From Gemmatimonadota bacterium (lineage in GTDB: Bacteria; Gemmatimonadota; Gemmatimonadetes; Gemmatimonadales; GWC2-71-9), in contig JADJOM010000002.1 in NCBI GenBank assembly GCA_016713785.1, positions 132,404-196,403 on the forward strand: a DNA stretch of 64,000 bases, given 5' to 3'. How positions within the stretch are numbered: position 1 is the first letter of the stretch; every line of letters begins with the position of its first letter. The translations under genes and the position numbers were made by a program. Under the pieces are notes generated by a model that searched no databases, was not told where the DNA came from, and saw only the letters and a program-made list of their open reading frames with translations. Shown piece after piece: positions 1-9,660 of this stretch.

Positions 1-2
1 CG

Positions 3-1226
3 GTCGGGGCCTACTACCACATCGGGTTCCGGAATGAACCGCGGGACCGCACCGGCTTCGCCCACCTGTTCGAGCACCTCATGTTCCAGGGCTCGACCAA
101 CCTCGGCAAGCTCGAGTTCATCAAGCTGGTGGAGTCGAACGGGGGCCTGCTCAACGGCTCCACCCGGTTCGACTTCACCAACTACTTCGAGGTGGTGCCC
201 GCGCACACCCTGGAGACCATCCTCTGGGCCGAGGCCGACCGGATGAAGGGGCTGGCCATCGACAGCGCCAACCTCAAGAACCAGCAGGAAGTGGTGAAGA
301 ACGAGGTGCGGGTGAACGTGCTCAACCAGCCCTACGGCTCGTTCCCGTGGATCGACCTGCCGATGACGGCCAACGAGAACTGGTACAACGCCCACAACTT
401 CTACGGTGACCTCGCCGACCTCGACGCCGCCACCCTCACCGACGCCGCCGCGTTCTTCCAGAAGTACTACGCGCCCAACAACGCGGTGCTCGCGGTGGTG
501 GGCGACTTCGAGCCGGGGCAGGCCCGGGCCTGGATCCAGAAGTACTTCGGCGGCATCCCCGCCGTGGAGCTGCCCGCCCCGCCCGACCTCACCGAGCCGC
601 GGCAGGTCACCGAGAAGCGCGCCAGCCGGGTCGACTCGCTCGCCACCCGGCCGGCGCTCGGCCTCGCGTACCACGTGCCGCCGCGCGGGACCCCGGAATG
701 GTTCGCCTTCGGGCTGATCGACCAGATCCTGGGCCAGGGCCGCGACGCCCGGCTGTTCGAGGCGCTGGTGCAGGAGAAGGGCTACACCGGCGACGTGAGC
801 GCCGGCATCAACTGGGGGCTGGGGCACCAGTTCAACTACCAGGGCCCGATGCTCTGGATGGTCTCCCTCTACCACGACGCGAACGTCAGCCCCGATGCGA
901 TCGTGGCCGCGGTGGACCGCGAGGTCCAGGCCCTGATGGACCGGCCGGTCGACGCCGCCACGCTGGCGCGGGCCCGCACCAAGATGCGCGCCGCGCTGTA
1001 CGACATCATGGAGAGCTTCTCCGGTTTCGGCACCCTCGACCTGCTGGCGTCCTTCGCGCTGTTCGACGACGACCCGGCGCTGGCCAACCGGCTCGAGGCG
1101 GGGTTCGCCCGGGTCACCCCGGCGCTCATCCAGCGCACCGCGCGCGAATACCTGCGGTCCGGCAACCGGACCGTGTACACCATCGTCCCCGGCGCCCGTG
1201 ACCAGGCCGCCGGCGGCGCCCAGTGA
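3..1226 (+). CDS. M16 (pitrilysin) family zinc metallopeptidase, 5' end outside window
   Basis: Frame 3 is open from the window edge. FAHLFEHLMFQGS carries the HxxEH zinc motif (HLFEH, nt 63-77). Track ORF 81..1226 is the ATG-truncated version. Confidence 0.9.
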   Translation, partial: VGAYYHIGFRNEPRDRTGFAHLFEHLMFQGSTNLGKLEFIKLVESNGGLLNGSTRFDFTNYFEVVPAHTLETILWAEADRMKGLAIDSANLKNQQEVVKNEVRVNVLNQPYGSFPWIDLPMTANENWYNAHNFYGDLADLDAATLTDAAAFFQKYYAPNNAVLAVVGDFEPGQARAWIQKYFGGIPAVELPAPPDLTEPRQVTEKRASRVDSLATRPALGLAYHVPPRGTPEWFAFGLIDQILGQGRDARLFEALVQEKGYTGDVSAGINWGLGHQFNYQGPMLWMVSLYHDANVSPDAIVAAVDREVQALMDRPVDAATLARARTKMRAALYDIMESFSGFGTLDLLASFALFDDDPALANRLEAGFARVTPALIQRTAREYLRSGNRTVYTIVPGARDQAAGGAQ

Positions 1227-1237
1227 GGAGCGGACCG

Positions 1238-2614
1238 ATGCGAACCACGCTGCTGGCCACGGCCCTCCTGCTGGGCGCGCTGCCGCTCGCCGCGCAGCAG
1301 GAGGCCCCCCCCGCGCCGGGCACGCCGAAGGACTTCCGGGTGCCGCCGCGGCGGAGCTTTACGCTGCCCAACGGGATGAAGGTGAGCTTCGTGCGCTACG
1401 GCACGGTGCCCAAGGTGGCGGTCCAGCTCGACCTCGCCACCGGCGGCATCGACGAGGCGGCCGACGAGGTGCAGCTGGCGGGCCTCACCGCCCAGATGCT
1501 GCTCGAGGGCTCCACCAGCCGGAGCGCGGGCCAGATCTCCCGCGAGGCGGCGGAGATGGGCGGCAGCCTCCGCGCCGGCGCCGGCGATGACGACCTCACC
1601 GTGGGCGGCGAGGTCCTGAGCGAATTCGGCGACCGCTTCATCGCCCTGCTCGCCGACGTGGTGCTCCGTCCCCGCTTCGCCGAGTCGGACCTGGCGCGGC
1701 TCCGCGCCAACCTGCAGCGGGACAACGCCATCGCCCAGAGCCAGCCGGGCCAGATCAGCCGCGCCCGCTTCCGCCAGATGCTCTTCGGCGACCACCCCTA
1801 CGGCCGGGTCTACGCCAGCGACTCGATGATCGCCGGCTACACCGCCGCGCGCATCGCCGCGTTCTACGACCACAACGTCGGCGGCCGCCGCGCCCACCTG
1901 TACGTGAGCGGCGTCTTCGACCAGCCGAAGCTGGAGCGCGCCATCCGCGCCGCCTTCAGCCGCTGGAAGGCCGGGAGCGCCGCCACGGTCCGCCCGCCGA
2001 CGCCGGTGGCCCACCGCCAGCTCGACCTCATCGACCGCCCCGACGCCGTGCAGAGTTCGCTCCGCGTGGGCCTTCCCGTGGCCGACCCCACCAGCCCCGA
2101 CTGGGTCCGCCTCACGGTCACCGACGCCCTGCTCGGCGGCGCCTTCGGCTCGCGGATCACCAGCAACATCCGCGAGGACAAGGGCTACACCTACAGCCCT
2201 TTCTCGTTCGTGGGCAGCTGGCCGAAGACCGGCCTGTGGGTGGAGGTGGCCGACGTGACCACCGCGGTCACCGGGCCGTCGCTCAAGGAGATCTTCGGCG
2301 AGGTGGACCGGCTCCGGCGCGAGGCGCCGCCCGAGGCGGAACTCACCGGCATCAAGAACAACCTGGCCGGCGTCTTCACGCTGCAGAACAGCTCGCGCTA
2401 CGGGCTCATCGGCCAGATGCAGTTCGTGGACCAGCACGGCCTGGGCGACGGCTACATCAGCGGCTACGTCAAGAACGTGCACGGGGTGAGCCCCGAGGAC
2501 GTGCGCCGCACCGCCGAGAAGTACCTCGACCCGGCGCGGATGACGATCACCGTGGTGGGAGACAGGAAGACCATCGAGCCCCAGCTCGAGCCGTACCGGG
2601 CCGGGGTGCCCTGA
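1238..2614 (+). CDS. M16 family peptidase, probably the non-catalytic partner subunit
   Basis: ATG 1238 follows GAGGAG (1225-1230). Signal peptide MRTTLLATALLLGALPLAAQQ. M16-like throughout, but the zinc-motif region reads AQMLLEG with no HxxEH. The gene abuts the upstream stop. Confidence 0.85.
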   Translation: MRTTLLATALLLGALPLAAQQEAPPAPGTPKDFRVPPRRSFTLPNGMKVSFVRYGTVPKVAVQLDLATGGIDEAADEVQLAGLTAQMLLEGSTSRSAGQISREAAEMGGSLRAGAGDDDLTVGGEVLSEFGDRFIALLADVVLRPRFAESDLARLRANLQRDNAIAQSQPGQISRARFRQMLFGDHPYGRVYASDSMIAGYTAARIAAFYDHNVGGRRAHLYVSGVFDQPKLERAIRAAFSRWKAGSAATVRPPTPVAHRQLDLIDRPDAVQSSLRVGLPVADPTSPDWVRLTVTDALLGGAFGSRITSNIREDKGYTYSPFSFVGSWPKTGLWVEVADVTTAVTGPSLKEIFGEVDRLRREAPPEAELTGIKNNLAGVFTLQNSSRYGLIGQMQFVDQHGLGDGYISGYVKNVHGVSPEDVRRTAEKYLDPARMTITVVGDRKTIEPQLEPYRAGVP

Positions 2615-2648
2615 CGCCGGACGCCACGCAGGCCGGCGGGCGGTAGGC

Positions 2649-2683
2649 GGGTGACGGTCCCGGGCAGCCCGGGGCCGTCACCC
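2649..2683. terminator. GC-rich hairpin between convergent genes
   Basis: gggtgacgg-t-cccggg-cag-cccggg-g-ccgtcaccc gives about 16 paired positions. It lies between the stop at 2614 (+) and the stop at 2692 (-). No U-tract. Confidence 0.5.
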
Positions 2684-2691
2684 GCGTCGCG

Positions 2692-2961
2692 TCAGGGTCC
2701 CGTCACCTCGAGGATCCGCCCCGTCCGCGCCACCTCCGCGGCCATGGCGTGTGCCACGAGGAGGGCGTCGGCCCGGGTCGCGGCCGCCACCCGGACGTCG
2801 TCCCCGCCGCTGCCCTCGAGGATCGCGGTGGCCACCCAGTTGTCGAGGTCACGCTCGGCGACATGGATCCGGCGGACCCGCGCCGCCTGGTACGGCGAGA
2901 GCCAGCGTCGGGGCCCGCGCGGAGTCCCGAGGAGATCGGAGAGGAAGTCGCGGAATCGCAT
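2692..2961 (-). CDS. hypothetical small protein (89 aa)
   Basis: ATG-initiated ORF in an otherwise empty 495-bp gap. Nearly every codon ends in G or C, matching the GC3 bias of real genes here. I recognise no family. Confidence 0.55.
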   Translation of the reverse strand: MRFRDFLSDLLGTPRGPRRWLSPYQAARVRRIHVAERDLDNWVATAILEGSGGDDVRVAAATRADALLVAHAMAAEVARTGRILEVTGP

Positions 2962-3109
2962 GGGTCGCGTGGAACATGCGCGGGCGCCACGGCCATGGCC
3001 AGCCGGGCGGTGCCCCCCGGGCGGCGCGGGCGCCCGCCGCCCTTACTGGGGCACCCCCCGGGGCCGTAGATTACGGGTTCCTCTCCCATGCACCAGGAGC
3101 AGTGACCAG

Positions 3110-4228
3110 ATGGCGAACCCGATGACCTGCGATGCCCCGGCCGCCGGGGCGCCGACGCCCGAAAGCCCGGACTGGATGGCGATGCTCGCGCCGTACCGCG
3201 TGCCGTCCAACCTCCGCAGCGCCTGGCAGCTGGCCAGCACCGCCACCCTGCTGGTGATCTTCTGGATCGCCGCGCTGTGGAGCCTCGAGATCGGCTACGG
3301 GCTCACCCTGATCGTCGCGGTGCCGGCGGCCATGATGGTGGTCCGGATGTTCATGCTGCAGCACGACTGCGGCCACGGGAGCTTCTTCCGCTCCCAGAAG
3401 GTCAACGACCTCATCGGCTCGGTGATCGGCGTGATCACGCTGGTCCCCTACACCTACTGGCGGAAGACCCACGCCATCCACCACGCCAGCTCCGGCAACC
3501 TCGACGGCCGGGACTTCGGCGACATCGACACCCTCACCGTCCGCGAGTACCTGAGCCGGCCCCGCCACAAGCGGATCCTGTACCGCCTCTACCGGCACCC
3601 CCTGGTGCTGCTGCTGGTGGGCCCGGCGTGGCAGTTCATCCTCAAGCACCGCCTGCCGCTCGACATCCCGCGCAGCTGGAAGCGCGAGTGGACCAGCGTG
3701 CACCTGACCAACCTGGGTCTCGGGCTCGCGGTGGCGCTGCTGTGGTGGACGGTGGGGCTGCGGGAGTTCCTGCTGGTGCAGGTGCCCATCACGCTCATCG
3801 CGGGCGCCATGGGCGTGTACCTCTTCTACGTGCAGCACCAGTACGAGGACACCTACTGGCGCTACCGCGAGGCGTGGAACTACTTCGCCTCCGGCCTCGA
3901 TGGGGCCAGCCACCTGGTCATGCCCCGGCTGCTGCAGTGGTGCACCGCCAGCATCGGCCTGCACCACATCCACCACGTCTCCGCCCGGATCCCGAACTAC
4001 CGGCTGCAGGAGGCGTTCGACCAGAACCCGGCGCTGCACCAGGTCACCCGGCTCACGCTCCCCCAGAGCGTGAAGACGCTGTGGCTCACCCTCTGGGACG
4101 AGGACGAGAAGCGGCTGGTGAGCTTCCGCGAGCTGCGGGCCATCCGGGACCGCATTGCCCGGGAAATCGGCGCCGGCGCCGCCATCCTCGCCACCAAGCC
4201 CGAGGCCGTGCCGCGCACCTGGCAGTAG
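3110..4228 (+). CDS. membrane fatty acid desaturase
   Basis: Three histidine boxes: HDCGH, HAIHH and HHIHH. Several hydrophobic segments. ATG 3110 (MANPMT) is in frame with track ORF 2651..4228. Confidence 0.9.
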   Translation: MANPMTCDAPAAGAPTPESPDWMAMLAPYRVPSNLRSAWQLASTATLLVIFWIAALWSLEIGYGLTLIVAVPAAMMVVRMFMLQHDCGHGSFFRSQKVNDLIGSVIGVITLVPYTYWRKTHAIHHASSGNLDGRDFGDIDTLTVREYLSRPRHKRILYRLYRHPLVLLLVGPAWQFILKHRLPLDIPRSWKREWTSVHLTNLGLGLAVALLWWTVGLREFLLVQVPITLIAGAMGVYLFYVQHQYEDTYWRYREAWNYFASGLDGASHLVMPRLLQWCTASIGLHHIHHVSARIPNYRLQEAFDQNPALHQVTRLTLPQSVKTLWLTLWDEDEKRLVSFRELRAIRDRIAREIGAGAAILATKPEAVPRTWQ

Positions 4229-4247
4229 GCCGCGCCGCCCGGATACG

Positions 4248-4281
4248 AACGGGAGCCGTGGCGATCGCCACGGCTCCCGTT
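4248..4281. terminator. bidirectional intrinsic-terminator-like hairpin
   Basis: Perfect 34-nt palindrome aacgggagccgtggcga/tcgccacggctcccgtt followed by TTTG. It lies between convergent stops at 4228 and 4325. Confidence 0.65.
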
Positions 4282-4324
4282 TGCGCGTGCGGACCCAGGC
4301 CGCCCGCGTGCCCGCGGTGGTCCC

Positions 4325-6418
4325 CTACCGCGGGAACGCCTCCGGCAGGCCGCCGTCCACGGTGAGGATGTCGCCGGTGGTGTAGCGGAAGCGGCTGCTG
4401 GCCAGCAGCACCGCCAGGTCGGCCACCACCTCCGCGGGGATGAGCGCCGCCCCCATCAGGTTCCGCTTGCGATAGACCTCGAGCTGCTCCTCGACGGTGA
4501 TGCCGCGGCTGGCCGCGCGCTCCTTCACGAACTGCAGGAACAGCGGCGTCTCGATCTGGTCGGCGTTAATGGCGTTGACCCGGATGCCGTCCCCGCCCAG
4601 CTCCACCGCGGCCACCCGGAGCGCCTGCAGCATGGCCGCCTTGCTCCCGCCGTAGGCCACCGCCTCCTTGCCCGGCACCACCGCCGCCTTCGAGACCGAC
4701 GCCACGATCGACCCGCCGAGCCCCTGGCGCCGCATGATGCGCGCGGCGCGGCCGATGGCCTGCACCGCGCCGATGTAGTGCACCTCGAGCTGCCGCTGCA
4801 GGTCCTCCCGGGTGATCTCGGTGATCGGCGCGAAGCGGGGCGGGGCGCCCGCGGTGTAGAACAGGCAGTCGAGCCCGCCGAACTCCAGCACCGCGCGGCG
4901 GAACAGCGCGTCGAGGCTGGCGTCGTCCCGCACGTCCACCGGGCCGCCGATCACCCGCCCCGGCGCCGCGGCCGCGATCTCGCAGGCCACCTTGCCCGCC
5001 ACGGCGCCGTCGAGGTCGGCCACCACCACGTGGGCCCCCTCCGCCGCGAACTTCTCCGCCGCCGCCTTGCCGATCCCGCTCCCGCCGCCGATCACCACCA
5101 CCACGTGCCGCGGCAGCAGCTTGGTGGCCCGCTCCTTCGCGAGCGCCTCCTCGGTCTTCCGGCGCTCCAGCGGCCAGTGCTCGAACGCGAAGACGTCGGC
5201 CTCAGGGAGGAACTCGAACCGCTCCACCGCCTCCGCATTCACCAGGCTCTCGAGCCCGGCGCGGTAGCAGAGGTTGGCGGTCACCGCGTTCTTCTTGTCG
5301 CTGAACGCCGTGATCATCCCGATCCCCGGCACCAGGACCACCTTGGCCCAGTCGTCGAGCGGCGGCTGGTCGGCCGCGGCGTGGCGCCGATGATACGCCT
5401 CGTATTCGGCCCGCTGCACCGCGATCTGCGCCGTGACCTGCGCGGCCAGCGCGTCGGGCGCGAGCGCCGGGTCGAGGTCGAGCCACAGCGGCAGCCGCCC
5501 CGCCCGCAGCAGGTGCTCCGGCGTGGTCATGCCGCGGCGCACCAGCTCCGGGGTGCGCTCCTGCGCCAGGGTCTCGAGCACGTCCTCGCCATCGTCGAAG
5601 TGCAGGATCACCCGCTCCGCCGCGCCCAGCGCGCCCCGCACCGCCGGGAGCACCGTGGCGGCCAGCTGCTGCCGCTCCGCCGCGGGCCGCGCCGGCCGGA
5701 CGGTGCCGCCGAGCACCCGCTTGCCCTTGCGGCAGGCGGCGAGATAGGCCTCGATCTTTGCCACCGCCGCAGTCATGCGCTGGTGGCACTGCCGCGGGTC
5801 GTCGCCGAAGATCACCAGCCCATGGTGCGCCAGCGTCATGCCGATGGCGCCCGCCGGGATGCTCCCGGCCATCGCGCTCACGGCGCGCGCCAGCGGGAAG
5901 CCGGGCCGGCTGTAGGGGACGTACACCACCTGCCCGTCGAAGATCTCGCGCACCAGCCGCTCCGCCGTGCCATCCGGCACGTTGGTCAGGCTCATGGTGG
6001 CGATGTCATGGGTGTGCGCGATGACCCGGTGCGGCAGCAGCGAGTGCAGCGGCGTCTCGACGCTCGGCGCGGGGCCCTCGGCCAGCATGCAGCCCGCCAT
6101 GAAGCGCATCATCTCGGCGTCGGTCATCTGGTCGATGACCCCAAGCGGCGCCAGCCGCGGCAGCGACAGCCGCGTGAAGCCACCACGCGTGATGCTGCGC
6201 AGGTCGGTGCCGCTCCCCTTCACCAGCAGCGCCTCGACGTCGGCGCCGTCGGGGCCCGGGACCTTCATCTTGATGGAGGTGTTGCCGCCCCCCGGCTGGA
6301 CCAGCCGGGTCTCCCGGCCCAGCAGGTTGGAGAGGTGCACCAGCCCGTCGAGCGGGTCGGTACCGGCGGGCAGGCTGGCCCAGGGATCGGCGGCGGACGT
6401 CTGGTCTGAAGGGGTCAT
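4325..6418 (-). CDS. bifunctional class II aldolase / short-chain dehydrogenase (rhamnulose-1-phosphate aldolase/alcohol dehydrogenase type)
   Basis: N-terminal aldolase/adducin-like half. C-terminal SDR with Rossmann GGGSGIGKAAA and catalytic YGGSKAA. ATG at 6418 (MTPSDQ) chosen over the longer upstream extension. Confidence 0.9.
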   Translation of the reverse strand: MTPSDQTSAADPWASLPAGTDPLDGLVHLSNLLGRETRLVQPGGGNTSIKMKVPGPDGADVEALLVKGSGTDLRSITRGGFTRLSLPRLAPLGVIDQMTDAEMMRFMAGCMLAEGPAPSVETPLHSLLPHRVIAHTHDIATMSLTNVPDGTAERLVREIFDGQVVYVPYSRPGFPLARAVSAMAGSIPAGAIGMTLAHHGLVIFGDDPRQCHQRMTAAVAKIEAYLAACRKGKRVLGGTVRPARPAAERQQLAATVLPAVRGALGAAERVILHFDDGEDVLETLAQERTPELVRRGMTTPEHLLRAGRLPLWLDLDPALAPDALAAQVTAQIAVQRAEYEAYHRRHAAADQPPLDDWAKVVLVPGIGMITAFSDKKNAVTANLCYRAGLESLVNAEAVERFEFLPEADVFAFEHWPLERRKTEEALAKERATKLLPRHVVVVIGGGSGIGKAAAEKFAAEGAHVVVADLDGAVAGKVACEIAAAAPGRVIGGPVDVRDDASLDALFRRAVLEFGGLDCLFYTAGAPPRFAPITEITREDLQRQLEVHYIGAVQAIGRAARIMRRQGLGGSIVASVSKAAVVPGKEAVAYGGSKAAMLQALRVAAVELGGDGIRVNAINADQIETPLFLQFVKERAASRGITVEEQLEVYRKRNLMGAALIPAEVVADLAVLLASSRFRYTTGDILTVDGGLPEAFPR

Positions 6419-6594
6419 GGGCTGGAATCTCGCCCGGAGACGCCCCGGACGGGAGCGGGACGTCTGGCCCCCTGCTCCTGCCGCCGGTAGTTTTCTGCTT
6501 CCCTCGGCCCGGACCACCCATCTCCCTCGCGCCCCTCCTGCAGGCCGCCCTCGGCGACACCTACCAGCTCGTCCGGGAACTGGGCGGCGGGGGC

Positions 6595-9500
6595 ATGAGC
6601 CGGGTGTACCTCGCCACCGAGGCGCGCCTCGGACGCCAGGTCGTCATCAAGGTGCTGCCGCCCGAGATGAGCGCCGCGGTGAACGTCGAGCGCTTCGAGC
6701 GCGAGATCAAGCTCGCGGCGCGGCTGCAGCACCCGCACATTGTCCCGCTGCTCACCGCCGCCGCCGCCGGCGACCTGCTCTACTACATCATGCCCTTCAT
6801 CGAGGGGGAGTCGCTCCGGGCCAAGCTGGCCCGCGAGGGCGAGCTGCCCGTCGCCGAAGCGGCCAAGATCATGCGCGAGGTGGTGGACGCCCTCTCGTAC
6901 GCGCACCGGAGCGGCGTGGTCCATCGCGACATCAAGCCGGACAACGTCCTCCTCTCAGACGGCCACGCGGTGGTCACCGACTTCGGCGTGGCCAAGGCGG
7001 TCACCGCCTCCAGCGGGAAGTCCTCGCTCACCTCCCTCGGCGTGGCGCTCGGCACCCCGGCCTACATGGCGCCGGAGCAGGCCGCCGCCGATCCCCACGT
7101 GGACCACCGCGCCGACATCTATGCCACGGGCATCCTGGCCTACGAGATGCTCACCGGCCAGCCCCCCTTCACGGCGCCCACCGCGCAGGGGCTGCTCGCG
7201 GCCCACATCACGCAAGTGCCGGAGCCCGTGAGTGCCCGCCGGCCGGCGGTGCCGGCGGTGCTCAACGGCCTCCTCATGCGCTGCCTGGAGAAGCGTCCCG
7301 CCGACCGGTGGCAGAGCGCCGCCGAGCTGCTGGGCCAGCTGGAGGCCGCGGCGACCCCATCCACCGGCGGGCTGACCCCCACCGGCACCACGCCGGCCAT
7401 CTCCAGCGGCACGGAGCAGGCCATCCGCCAGAGCCACCCGGTGCGGGTGGCGGTGCTGTTCGGGGTGGCGGCGGTGCTGGTGATCGGCCTGGCGTTTGTC
7501 CTGGTGCGCGCCCTGGGCCTCCCCGACTGGGTGCTCTACGGCGCCGTCGGACTGATGGCGGCTGGCCTCCCGATCATCGCGCTGACCGGCCACTTCGAGC
7601 GCCGCCGGGCGGAGGCCCGGGCCACCGGCCGCATCCTTCCGCCGTCGGCGGGAGGGATGCAGCACTGGTTCACGTGGCGGAAGGCCATCCGGGGCGGGCT
7701 GATCGCCTTCGGGGTGCTGGCCCTGGTGGCGGGTGGGTACACCGCCATGCGGCTGGCCGGCATCGGGCCCGCCGGCACGCTGGTCGCGTCGGGGCGGCTC
7801 AAGGCGAAGGACCGGATGATCGTCGCCGACTTCGAGAACCGCACCAGCGACCCCGGCCTGGCGGGCTCGATCACGGAGGCGTTCCGCATCGACCTGGGCC
7901 AGTCGCCGGTGGTGCGGCTCCTCAGCACGGCGGAACTCGCCGCCGCCCTGGGCCGCATGCAGCGCGACCCAGCCACCCCGCTCACCGCGGCGCTGGCCCG
8001 CGAGATCGCGGCCCGCGAGGGCGCCAAGGCGGTGGTGAGCGGCGAGATCAGTCCCATCGGGAAGGGCTTCGTCCTCTCCGCCCGCCTGGTCGATGTCGCC
8101 GACGGCAGCGAACTCGTGGCGCTGCGCGAGACCGCCGACGACGACGCCGGCATTGTGAGCGCCCTCGACCGGCTCTCCGGCCGCCTGCGGGAACGGATCG
8201 GCGAGTCGCTTAAGACCATTCGCGGCGGCGAGCCGCTGGACCAGGTCACCACCGGCTCCCTCGAGGCGCTGCGCCTCTACACCGAGGCCGCGCGGCGGAG
8301 CGACGCGGGCGACAGCCCCGGCGCCGTTCCGCTGCTGGAGCAGGCCCTGGCCCTCGACAGCGGCTTTGCCATGGCGTGGCGCAAGCTCGCGGTGGCGCTC
8401 TCCAACGCGGCGGCGAGCGAGGATCGCATCATCGACGCCACCACCCGTGCCTACCAGCACCGCGACCGGCTCCCCGAGATCGAGCGGCTGTTCACCATCG
8501 CCTTCTACCACAACAAGGTCGACGCGGACCCCGCGCGCGAGGAGGCGGCCTATCGCCGCGTGCTGCTGCTCCGCCCCGACGATGCCGTGGCCGTCAACAA
8601 TCTCGCCCTCCTGATGCTGAACCGGCTGCGCCCCGCCGTGGCCGAGTCGCTGGTCCGGCCCCTGGCCGCCTCCCGCGACTACCCCAACAACGCCGACCTG
8701 CAGCTCCTGGCCGCCGTGGGGGGGCAGGGACACTTCGACGAGGTCGACCGGATCCTCGGCGCCCGGCTCAAGGCCTTCCCCGATCACCCGCTGTACCTCT
8801 GGGCCCGGGGATTCACCAGCGGGGGAGCGCAGCGCTACCCCGAAGCCGAGCGTGCGTGGCTCGCCCTGGGCCTCAAGACGCGTGACAACGAGTGGCGCTT
8901 CCGGTCCGCGGTGGGCCTGGGCATGACGCTCCAGGTCCAGGGCAAGCTCGCCGATGCCGAGCGGCAGGCCCGCCAGGCCGCGACGACCGCGATGGCGCGG
9001 AGGCTCCCCGGAGCGGCACTGGAAGTCCAGGCGGGACTGGCCCGGGCGTACCTGCTGTTCCGCCAGGATACGGCCGGCGCCCTGCGCCTGCTCGAGGAGG
9101 GGCTGCGGGCCTACCCTCTTGATTCCATCCCGCGCTACGACCGCCCGCTCGCGGCCCTCTCCGTGGCCCACGCCGTCGCCGGCCAGACCGCGCGGGCCCG
9201 GGCGGCGCTGGAGCGGTACGAGGCCGAGGTGCCCATCGGCGTGCGTCGCGGGCGCTGGTCGTGGTACGAGGCGCGAGGCTGGCTGGCGCTGGCGGAGGGG
9301 CGGGCCCAGGATGCCGTCGCGGCCTTCACGGCCGGACGCCTGGTGGACGGCTGCCCCGATTGCGGCAACTGGGAGGAGGGGCTGGCCTTCGAGCGCGCCA
9401 ACCAGCCGGACTCCGCCCTCGCCGCCTACCAGCGGGCGGTGGCCATCGGCTCCACCTGGAAGCCCAACGGCGATATCTGGGGCCTCGGCCCGAGCCTCCA

Positions 9501-9660
9501 GCGCCTCGGCGAGCTGTACGAGAGCCGCGGCGACACGGCCCGTGCCCTCGAGGCCTACTCCCGGCTGCTGGAGCTCTGGAAGGACGCGGATCCGGTGCTG
9601 CAGCCCGCGGTGACCGCGGTGCGCGCCCGGATGGCACACCTGACCGGAGAAGCGAAGTGA
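6595..9660 (+). CDS. Ser/Thr protein kinase with transmembrane segments and C-terminal TPR repeats
   Basis: Motifs HRDIKPDN, DFG and TPAYMAPE, followed by hydrophobic helices and a TPR-like C-terminus. The first ATG lies inside the G-loop (see finding), so the true start is probably upstream. Confidence 0.85.
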   Translation: MSRVYLATEARLGRQVVIKVLPPEMSAAVNVERFEREIKLAARLQHPHIVPLLTAAAAGDLLYYIMPFIEGESLRAKLAREGELPVAEAAKIMREVVDALSYAHRSGVVHRDIKPDNVLLSDGHAVVTDFGVAKAVTASSGKSSLTSLGVALGTPAYMAPEQAAADPHVDHRADIYATGILAYEMLTGQPPFTAPTAQGLLAAHITQVPEPVSARRPAVPAVLNGLLMRCLEKRPADRWQSAAELLGQLEAAATPSTGGLTPTGTTPAISSGTEQAIRQSHPVRVAVLFGVAAVLVIGLAFVLVRALGLPDWVLYGAVGLMAAGLPIIALTGHFERRRAEARATGRILPPSAGGMQHWFTWRKAIRGGLIAFGVLALVAGGYTAMRLAGIGPAGTLVASGRLKAKDRMIVADFENRTSDPGLAGSITEAFRIDLGQSPVVRLLSTAELAAALGRMQRDPATPLTAALAREIAAREGAKAVVSGEISPIGKGFVLSARLVDVADGSELVALRETADDDAGIVSALDRLSGRLRERIGESLKTIRGGEPLDQVTTGSLEALRLYTEAARRSDAGDSPGAVPLLEQALALDSGFAMAWRKLAVALSNAAASEDRIIDATTRAYQHRDRLPEIERLFTIAFYHNKVDADPAREEAAYRRVLLLRPDDAVAVNNLALLMLNRLRPAVAESLVRPLAASRDYPNNADLQLLAAVGGQGHFDEVDRILGARLKAFPDHPLYLWARGFTSGGAQRYPEAERAWLALGLKTRDNEWRFRSAVGLGMTLQVQGKLADAERQARQAATTAMARRLPGAALEVQAGLARAYLLFRQDTAGALRLLEEGLRAYPLDSIPRYDRPLAALSVAHAVAGQTARARAALERYEAEVPIGVRRGRWSWYEARGWLALAEGRAQDAVAAFTAGRLVDGCPDCGNWEEGLAFERANQPDSALAAYQRAVAIGSTWKPNGDIWGLGPSLQRLGELYESRGDTARALEAYSRLLELWKDADPVLQPAVTAVRARMAHLTGEAK

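Noticed and set aside
869-2482. 537-aa minus-strand ORF, and similar long antisense or out-of-frame ORFs at 3071-4039, 4778-6409, 5967-8213, 6955-9765, 12596-14344, 13063-14380, 39567-41282, 41754-43868, 44368-46146, 55483-57900 and 61265-63664.
   Set aside because: These are shadow ORFs typical of ~70% GC DNA. They are Arg/Pro/Gly/Ala-rich and low in complexity, carry no recognisable motifs, and lie opposite or out of frame with genes that do have clear family signatures.
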